NCBI RefSeq assembly: GCF_009914755.1
Contig: NC_060932.1
Direction: 5' to 3' (one strand)
Length of the DNA stretch: 64,000 nucleotides
DNA from: the human T2T-CHM13v2.0 reference genome, Homo sapiens
Numbering within the stretch: position 1 is the stretch's first letter; each line of letters starts with the position of its first letter. Below, piece after piece: positions 53,236 to 64,000 of the stretch. Made by a program: the position numbers and the translations under genes. Under the pieces are notes generated by a model. It searched no databases and had not been told where the DNA came from. It was given only the letters and a program-made list of their open reading frames with translations.

Positions 53236-53520
53236 AGCCAAGTGCAGTGGCTCACGCCTGTAATCCCAATACATTGGGAGGCCGAGGCAGGCAGATCACC
53301 TGAGGTCAGGAATTCAAGACTAGCCTGGCCAACACGGTGAAACCCCATCTATACTAAAAATACGAAAATTACCCGGTGTGGTGGCACACACTTGAAATCC
53401 CAGCTACTCTGGAGGCTGAGGCAGGAGAATCGCTTGAACCTGGAGGCAGATGTGGTGGTGAGCCGAGATCTGAGCAACAGAGTGAGATCCCGTCTCAAAA
53501 CAAAACAAAACAAAACAAAC
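53236..53520 (+). mobile_element. AluS with right-arm deletion and (CAAAA)n tail
   Basis: gatcacctgaggtcaggaattcaagactagcctggccaac; GCGCCACTGCACTCCAGCC segment absent. Confidence 0.92.
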
Positions 53521-54619
53521 CCCATGAATACTTAGAGAATATAAATCAAAAATGTTGATTTTATAAGATATAAAATATATCAAGATTATTATCAAAATGT
53601 AGTATATATTTGATTTCATATCCAGAGGTTATTCATATCCATCCAATTAGTTCATTATTATCTTTTAACAATTTGGTACTGTCTTTATTATCTACATATT
53701 CTCTGCTAATCTTTAAAATTAATGAAAAATTTTTTAGATAAATGCATATTTTTAAATATGCACAATAAAACCATTAATACTTTTTATTCTGTAGATTTTT
53801 AGTCCATTCTAAATTAGGTAGTATGTGTAGGACCTTCTTTCTATTTTGTTTCATTTATCCACTTAAGAATCAGTTTTTTGTAATTTTGTTAACTGAGAAA
53901 TCTAAATATCTGCAATAAACAATTTACAACTGAAAGTCAATTCTAGAAACATGCAAGCTTAGTTCTTAAATTATATTTGATCATAATCCCAGAGCCCCAA
54001 CATAGCAAAACACAGCCCACAGGTAGAAGGCAAGAACATTTCACCTGTGCTTGCAATCTCCTTTCACTCATAGTAGACTGCTTTGCTGGTGATAAAGCAG
54101 AATTCACTAACTTTTTGTAACTTTTAATTGTGATGTTAATTTTCCTAAATGTTTACAAACTCTTGAATGAAAGGAACCATTGAAAATAATTTGGTTGGAT
54201 GCTTCACAAATTTAAAGATTTTTATTCACATACATGTGTATTGTACTTGGTTAAAAGCACTGACTATTCATATTTATTACTGTATAATTTGATCTAATTT
54301 TTAAGCTTCCCAAATGATCACTGTTATTTCATTTTTTAAAATTTATCTTAAAATTAATAAATGTTGAAATATTTCCTAGGATAAGAACACAGGAAGCCAA
54401 ACAAAATAAGCATCCTTTTTTCAGATAGGACGATAACAGTGACGTTGACTTAAAATGATCATTTTGGCCACCAAAGGAAAGAAAATCAATGCAGCTGATT
54501 TTAGTTTGGCTACACATAATCCAATTTGGATTGCAAGTACAAATATGTGTCCCATCTGGACAGGGATCAATTTCATCTTTACTATTTGTGTAGCAGGTAT
54601 TATTTTCATCTGAGTATTC

Positions 54620-55060
54620 TTTCATTTATTTAAGAAATCATTTTGAGCTCCTGTTGCAAGGAAACAAAAACAAGAAATACATGTTACTCTACCATCAAGA
54701 AACTTTCAATGTAATAGAAAGCATAGAATATATTCTCAAGTAACAAGAGTGAATGTCAGTAAAGTATAACCACTTTTTGAGACATGCTTGTAAAATACCA
54801 AGATGGTGGAAAATTATTTATAGCTAGGGAATTGGAGAAAACTACATGGAAATGATAAACATTTGAGTCATTGTAGAATCATCTAAGAATGCTTAACAGG
54901 AAAAATCTTGAAGAAAAGGTTGTTTTCTAGAAATATTGTGAATAAAATTAGGAGAGCTATGTACACATTTAAGATTTAGTCAATTGGGCGGTTATACTTT
55001 TAAAAAAGAATGATAGATGAGGCTAGAAAGCTAAGAGCAGCCAGGGAGATGTGGAGATTG
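54620..55060 (-). mobile_element. L2 LINE fragment
   Basis: ttcatttatttaagaaatcattttgagctcct antisense 3' end; gatgaggctagaaag. Confidence 0.5.
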
Positions 55061-55085
55061 GGAAACAATGACAGACCTTGCCAAT

Positions 55086-55271
55086 CCCCTTCCCTTCCCT
55101 TCCCTTCCCTTCCCTTCCCTTCCCTTCCCTTCCCTTCCCTTCCCTTCCCTCCCCTCCCCTCCCCACCCCTCCCCTCCCCTCCCCTCCCCACCCCTCCCCT
55201 CCCCTCCTCACCCCTCCCCTCCCCTCCTCTGCTCCCACCCCCTCCCCTCCACTTCCCTTTCCTTCCTTCCC

Positions 55272-55308
<37 letters not shown>

Positions 55309-55311
55309 GTT

Positions 55312-55359
<48 letters not shown>

Positions 55360-55402
55360 TTTTTTTCTTTCTTTCCTTCTTTTCTTTTCTTTTTTCTTTT
55401 TC
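55086..55402. repeat. About 315-bp polypyrimidine tract (CCCTT)n-(CCCCT)n-(CTTT)n
   Basis: Seen directly. Confidence 0.97.
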
Positions 55403-55982
55403 AGTACATAGACCATAATGATTGGTCAATTCACATAAACCTTCAGTATTACATTTTTAAAAAACTCAATCAATGAATTTTTTCATTGAATAAGCAAATC
55501 AATTTGTTTGGAATTTTTATGCAGTGGTTTATAAAAAGATTCCATTAAACCCTTCAAGTTGATTGAAGTCATCAGACATTTATTATAAAGATATTTAATA
55601 AGTAAAAATATATTACGTGATTACATATCAATAGTTATATTTAGAATGTTTTTCCTCTAGTTATTGAAAGTGACACTATAAATACATGCTATATTTACAA
55701 AGGCATCCAGAATTTACCTATCTGGTATATGAATATCAATCTGAATTTTGGGAAATTTCATTTGTGTAGAGTAGGTTTGAATTATCCTAGAGTGGTATCC
55801 AATGCATGACATAGATTTTTATGTGGATACGCTAACACAGCATCTCTAAGGAGGTTAAACTATCCAACAATTACCATGTGGTCATCACTCAATTTGACTA
55901 ATTTTTTAAAGTATGCCTCTCCTGAGACCAAAAGAATCCTGATCCTCATTTTTCACAATGAACTTTTCCGTTCTCTGAATCA

Positions 55983-56462
<480 letters not shown>

Positions 56463-56770
56463 TCATCTTTTCCATAGTAAATATAATAGAATAAATGCCT
56501 TTCTGGGTCAGGGTCACCATGCAGTGATACTTTTAAAATAACATAAATACTGAGATCAAAAATGTTTTTAGGGTAAGAAAGCTGTCACATCTTAATAACA
56601 GTATGACAATACACATGTCACATTGACGTGACTTCCCTGAGCCTTAATTTTTTCATCTGTAAAATGGGAATAACTGATTTCCTCACAGAGTTTCTATTAC
56701 TCCTTTAAAAAAGGTGTGAGATTATAAATTATCTTATAACCTTAACACTCCATACCATTTTCATAGTACT

Positions 56771-57361
56771 TCTAGCAGTTTGAAGAGTGGCCCCTCATGA
56801 GCTATTTCTAAGTCCTAACACCTGGAACGCATGAATATCACCTTGTTCTAAAAAAGTGCTAAGTTTGTGAGGTGATAGCCATGTAAATTAGTCTGATTCT
56901 ATCATTCCTCATGTATCAAAATATCACATTGTTTCTTATAAATACATACAGTTATTTGTCAATTAAAAATTAATTTTTTTAAAAGAGTCTTTGCAGATGT
57001 AACTATGTTAAGGATGTTGAGATTCGATCATCCTGAATTTAGGGTGGACCCTAAATCCATGGCAAGTGTCCTTGTAAAAAAAGGCAAAGAGAGACTTGAG
57101 ACACAGTGAAACAGAAGAGAAGGTGGTATGAAAAAGGAAGCAGAAATTGACATGATGGGTTTACAAGCCAAGGAATGCCAAAGATTTTTGGCAGTCACCA
57201 GAAACTAGGAGAGGGGCATAAAGTGAATTTGCCCCCAGAGCCTCCAGAAAGAATCAGTCCTGCTAACATCTTGACTTCAAACTCTGCGAAAATAAATTTC
57301 TGTTGTTTTAAGGCACACAATTTCTGGATATTTGTTGTGGTATACCTGGGAAATTAATATG
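56771..57361 (+). mobile_element. MLT1 (MaLR) solo LTR, MLT1B/C-like
   Basis: gtctttgcagatgtaa, agggtggaccctaaatcca, caagccaaggaatgcca, aataaatttctgttgttttaag; probable 5-bp TSD gtact/gtacc. Confidence 0.85.
56860..56980 (+). mobile_element. L1MA-type 3' terminal fragment inserted in the MLT1
   Basis: tgtgaggtgatagccatgtaaattag...tatcaaaatatcacattgt...ataaatacataca; degenerate flanking duplication aaaaaagtgct / aaaagagtctt. Confidence 0.7.
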
Positions 57362-57649
57362 GTACCTGAGACTGCCAAGGACACTGCTCTTACGAATGTC
57401 ACTACTGGATTTTAACTGGATCTCTCATAGCTCTCTCCTCCCCCACTAATGGATTATTTTTCCTATTTCCACCCTGAATGGGATTATTCTTTACAGGAGC
57501 ATTTTGAGGTCTTTACACATTTTCACTAATATTCTTTTATTTAAAAACGTGTATGTATTCTTATGATTATATCCTCTTCTGGGATGAATTTTACATAAAT
57601 CTCTGTCTGATCTAGTATTATCAAGCCCTACCTTGAGTCTTGCCATGCA

Positions 57650-58530
57650 CATTTTGTTCTCATTCTAACATCTCAAACTCAATGAAGCAAAGTTGCATTC
57701 ATTCAAATCCATATGCTCCTTCCTTCTTCAATTGGCTTCTTCTGATTGACCTCTATGTAATCACTGCCCTTATTGTTCCAACTTCTCAGAGTCAAAATCT
57801 AATTTTTATACCTCTCTCTTCCTTATATTTGCATTAGAGTCAAACACTAATATATAAGAATATCTCTTTGTATAAGACTCCACCGTCCTTTTCTATCTAT
57901 TCTACTGTCATCATCTGAGCCCAGATAATAGTTATTTCATGCACGTGCTATTGCAAAAACCTCATGGTTACCTTGACTGTCTCCAGGCTTTCTGCTTCTG
58001 CTCCGTTTTATGAAGCACAATGTGTAGTCATGTCATCATGGCTATCTTCTCCAGTCTTCATAGCTTCCCAATATCATTTAGCTTCAGGATACACGTGTGC
58101 ACTTAAATCTCACAGTTAAGAGCTTCATGGTTGTTTCCTCCATCTAGTGAGTCCATGATGATAAATGCAAGCCCTGACTATATTTGCATTTCTGCATTAG
58201 AGCCCTTTTAAATATTGTTCCCTTGACCTTTAATACTTGCATATCTTCCATTAGCCCATCCAAATTTCCTATTTCAACTTTGGGTTCACCTCTAATTTTT
58301 CCAGGTTTGCTGTATTTGTCCATTCCAATGGACTTTAAGCATACTTTAAAAAAGATTATCTTGTAATAGTTGTACTCCTTTGCTTTACTCTTGCTTTGTT
58401 ACTTACGGTTAATGTATTTATAAATAGACTGAAATATCTTAGAATCCATTTAAAAAATGTATCTTCAAAATGTTCATAGTAAGCTCTTTTTATACTACCT
58501 GTATTTACTTAGTGTATATATGCTGAATGC
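57650..58530 (+). mobile_element. L2 LINE fragments
   Basis: catctcaaactcaa, tcagagtcaaaatcta, tattgcaaaaacctc; degenerate. Confidence 0.5.
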
Positions 58531-59319
58531 CTGAATGCCTAGAAATCTGCATTTTAACAAATTAATTATTTGAATTTATTCTTTACTTAATTGATGCAAA
58601 TATTGCTGTGTATATGTTATATATGTGTGTATATGCTTATTTGAGTTAAAGAGAAAGAGAAACAGTGAAAGAGATTGAGAGAGAGAGACAGAGAGAGAAT
58701 GTACATAGTGCAAAGAAAGCAGAGAGAAGAAAGAAGGTTTGTGTCCACTAACATTAATTATAATAAAAGGTTTGATAATTAATGCCAGAAAGACTACTCT
58801 CAGATTTCTTCCTTGGCTCTGAGACACTCCAATTTCACATGCAAAAGCAGTTCTGTCTAACTGTTTGGCAGATTGTTTGAGCTGGAATTAAATGTGCACA
58901 GCTGGTACCATCTGCTGCAAATTCTTTAATTCTTGTTATCTCTTAAACAGCTTTTGGTTTTGTCTTATTCATAATTCATTTATGGAGGATGAGGAAGACC
59001 TATAGGAGTCTTAATATTATTTAATGGATGCATCCCTGATTTTCAGATTAATAAACCATAGTAGACTCCGGTTTATTAATATTGGCTAAGTGTCAACCTA
59101 GCTTTACTGATGACCAGACTGATTTTTTAACTAAAACCAAGGTCAGTTTTGGGTAGCCAAATGGAGTAGCTTCTTAAGATTACGTATTGTGACAACAATA
59201 GTATTTCAAATATATCTCCTTGTATTTTATCAGTTTTCTTTCATTTATTTTCTTAATTATTTTACAGTGGTAGTCTAAGACTTTTGAATCATAATTTCCT
59301 ATCCAAGAGCCAAAGCCAG

Positions 59320-59960
59320 AAACCCATATCTGAGTTATACCTGATTCTTCTCTTTCCCTCATCTTTTTCTTCCATTTTCTTAATGTCTCCCAAATCATTG
59401 TCCTTCTAAGAATCTCATTAACACTGACTTTGTGCAGACCCTCAACACTACATCTCCAGCCCAATTCAGTGCACTCTTTACTCAGGAGTGATCCCTATAA
59501 AACATAATTCTGATCATTTTACTCTCCTACTTAAAATTGCCCAATGTCTTTACGCTTCCTTTGAAACATATTGGAAAAATCTGTGTATTGCTATTAGGTA
59601 CTGCTGCTTCCTTTTTCTGACATTTGTCCCTTCACTTCTACTTCCACCGTGCCTGGAAAATTCCAGAATAGGCTTCAACCCCAAATTCAGGTAACTTTGT
59701 TTCTTCCTTTTGCAAAGTGTATTTGTTATCCTTTCTGGTCTGAGAAAAATGACCTTGTTCTGTGTTTCTGTAGGAACTTGTGCATAATCCTTTCAGAATA
59801 TTTATCATAACATACTGTCGTTTTTGTCTCTTTAGTCTTTGTATTAATATTTCAAGTACTAGTGGGCAGAAAGTATCTTTTTTATCTCCCAAACTGCACA
59901 TGCCAGTCCTATGTTCCATAATATTAGACATTTAATACATTATTAAATGAATGAAAAATT
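59320..59960 (+). mobile_element. L2 LINE 3' fragments
   Basis: agtgatccctataaaacataattctgatcattttactctcctacttaaaa...taaatgaatgaa. Confidence 0.6.
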
Positions 59961-62423
59961 AATTCTGTAGTGAAAAATTGTCGGGAAAGAATTGAATCCA
60001 TCACTATGGAGATTCCATTGTAAATGAAGGCAAAAATTATTTTTTATATCTGGTAACATGAATACACAATAAAAACAACTTTTTCTCGTTTTGTTTTGAA
60101 ATTATTTTCAATTAATTTGACCCTAATCAATTAAAGGTCTTAAACACATTTAATCAATGGAAATCAGGGCAACCAAGGCAGCCATTTGGGCTGCTTGTAC
60201 CTAAATTTAGTTTAGTATTGACAGAAGTCATGGTTGTTGGTTATTTTCACTTGCTACTTTGTACAGAGATGAGCAGCTGGCTTTTCCTTTAATCTGACAT
60301 TTGTCTGATCTGGCATGGATAAGACATATTACGTTCACTATGTCCTGCTTAAGTGCAAAAAAATAAATAAAAATGAGGAGGCTTGGTCAAGGCAATAAAA
60401 ACTGTTAAGTTTCTATTCAAAATATTTAAGAAGATAGAACATGTAATGAAAAAAATACACAGGAAAATACAACTGGTTTTCTGATACTGTAGAAATCATT
60501 TTGAAATTCTTCCTATTTACGGTGTGCTGACATCCCTGCTGGTCATTCTGCAAAATATTAGAGAGAGACGTTATAACAGTATCACTATTTTCTGGAAGGT
60601 CAACATTTTGCTTTATTCAAATTCTAATATTGTTGAAAGGTTTTCTCTCTGGCAGTAGGAAATACATTTTGCTGTGCCATGAATAAGTGAAATTTTAAGA
60701 CTTGCTGTCCATCAAAATGACCTAATGAGCTCATATTACCAGACACCCAGGCCACATCCCAAGCCTATTTAATAAAAAAAAAATGGGAGCAAGGCCTCTA
60801 CATTTTTAATATTCTTCTTTATAGTAGAAATTAAAAGAGTACACATGAATTTCCATCTTTCTGGAAAGACATGAGGCATCCTTCAGGTCTACCCAAGCAA
60901 ATTTCTGGTTCTGGTATAAAAAAAATTAAACCTAATAAAATCCTACCTGCTGTTATAATTAACTGTGTCATATAGATTAAAAAGCTTATTTTTTTCTCAA
61001 TACAAATTATAAAATTGGATCCTTGACATGCTGTCATAATATCTGAAAATCATACTAATCAGCCAACACATGCAGAGACCCTGGGTAAGTTAGAACAGGA
61101 AAGGGCAGGGGAAAGAGCGTGCTGTTAAATTGTTGATAAGTAAGTTAATCTACTGTTCAAATAAACAAGTTTGAATCAATTATTTGGCTATACTTAGATA
61201 ACTTGCATGAAAAAGAATCCTGAAATTGGCAGTCAGTCTTCATATACATAGCACAGCCAAATGTTTAATGCATCTGTAAACTTTTATTTCCTATTTTCTT
61301 TGCAAGAAAACCAGTTTTTATTTTTATTTCAGGAGTTGTATGCAATGAAAAGCTTTTGGAATTCACATCAGTTGGAAATATTTCAGTGTATTAAATATTA
61401 GAAAAACTAATGAATGCAGAATACTAAAAGTACACTGAATTGTAAATATTAAATTTAAATGTTGCAAAGTTGGATAGTTCTATCAATCATTAATACTTTT
61501 ATAGGTTATGTATGCAATTTTGACATGGCAACTTTTTAATTGTGTATGTATCATGACACTAATACAATATATTTTTGTCAGACCATAACGGGAACATTTT
61601 TCTGGAACTACAAAATTTTCCAAATATCTTAGAGTATACTTATTTATGTATCAATCAAAATAATTATCTTGAATAGAAATTGCTCCAAAATGCGTTACAT
61701 ATTTCCTGTGTTAAAATAATTTTGATAATTTAAATGGTATGTATTAACATAAATTTCTGTAGAGTAGATCATCGAACTCTGATAGGACTCTTGTGTTTTG
61801 GTTGCCAAAAAAATTGAATTCCAATAGCAGCTCAACTCTTAGAAATAGTTTAGGGTTTTTTTGACTTGTTTATCTTTCGTTTTGTCCCTGGTTCCATATG
61901 ACATTATCAGGCATTATTCAGAAATTCCTCTGCCATTGACTGCATTTGACTCCTGGCTAACTAATTTGCACTTATTAGCTTTTGAGATACTTTTTTAAAA
62001 TAATGTTTTCATTTTTTGTTTGTTTTTGTTTTTCAGACTTTTTGTGCATTTTTACAACATAATCTTAGCTTTTCCTTTTTCTGGTTAGCACGCCTTGATT
62101 TCCTTTCTAGTTCTTATTGCATCCTATTGTTTATGGTCTTCATAGGGCTGTGTGTCAAGATTTAGGAATATCGCTACATGGGAATTCATGGGCACATGGT
62201 TTACTTTTGTTTATTGTGTTCATTCATTCATTTATTTTGTCCATTTGTGAATTTACTTTAGATACTTTGAATCTTGAACAGAGTGTCACAAAGACTGAAA
62301 ATTGATAAGAGCTGATTTACCATAGTTATATAAACCAAATAATAATGTGAACTACTTCCTATTACATGGATCTTTTAGTTTGATCTGGTTCCTCACTTTT
62401 CCAAGTCTACATTTTTCAACTTA

Positions 62424-63509
<1,086 letters not shown>

Positions 63510-63679
63510 TTGTGAGTGATGCTAGATCTCTAAATCCCTCTAATGAATTCCTGTTTTGCATGTACTAACCAGAGTTGACTTCTGTTACCCCCCAAAGTAG
63601 TAACAGTCCCATGATGTCTATTGGATCAGTTTGGCAAAAACAAAACAAACCAAAAAAAATGTCTAACAGTTCTCTGCTT

Positions 63680-63830
63680 GAGTGTACAACTCCTCCTACT
63701 GATTTTGGAAACCATTTTTAAGTTAGATAGTCCCCAGTGGTATTGAACACATGAGGAAAACCTGGGCCTCAGAGAAGCAGTTTTCCTCTCTCTATAGATA
63801 AGACCAATTTTGCTCAATATTGGATATCAG
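63680..63830 (-). mobile_element. MIR fragment
   Basis: acacatgaggaaaacctgggcctcagagaag core-like. Confidence 0.4.
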
Positions 63831-63948
63831 CTCCACCATCCAATACCAATCTCATAGTTAAGTATTTTTGACCACACTATTGCAAACTTAACCCAGAGTT
63901 TCTATTCCCTTTGCCACCATAAAGTCACCCTCTGTTGGTATGGATATG

Positions 63949-64000
63949 TGTGATGGTTAATATTAGGTGTCAACTTGATTGGACCGAGAGATGCCTAGAT
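63949..64000 (+). mobile_element. MLT2 (ERVL) LTR 5' end, runs off the window
   Basis: tgtgatggttaatattaggtgtcaacttgattgga. Confidence 0.8.

Noticed and set aside
55000-55476. Overlapping 70-138 aa ORFs (also 21672-22088)
   Set aside because: Stop-free frames caused by simple purine/pyrimidine repeats

Overview
AT-rich, repeat-laden mammalian non-coding DNA. It is primate (10 Alu elements) and almost certainly human, because it carries an L1 with L1HS pre-Ta diagnostic bases. I find no protein-coding gene, RNA gene or CRISPR array: the supplied ORFs are short chance ORFs, Alu or microsatellite read-throughs, or L1 ORF2 remnants. Main structure: (i) 1-41.6 kb and 50.4-64 kb are a layered fossil record of transposons (AluY/S/J, MIR, L2, L3/CR1, old L1M, Tigger3a, Tigger4, MER81, MER5A, Charlie, MER39-like LTR, MLT1, MLT2), several nested in one another; (ii) about 43-49.7 kb is a cluster of CpG-island-like patches with no recognisable coding exon, inside a nearly transposon-free block that also holds a strong minus-strand CTCF motif, a perfect RFX palindrome, G-quadruplex and Z-DNA motifs and a few good splice signals, consistent with an orphan CpG island, lncRNA promoter or developmental regulatory region; (iii) a young, 5'-truncated, 5'-inverted L1HS insertion with a perfect 14-bp TSD at 62.4-63.5 kb. 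I do not see evidence for a new biological system. Repeat family names come from my recollection of consensus sequences, not from an alignment, so boundaries of old elements are approximate. The locus was not identified.
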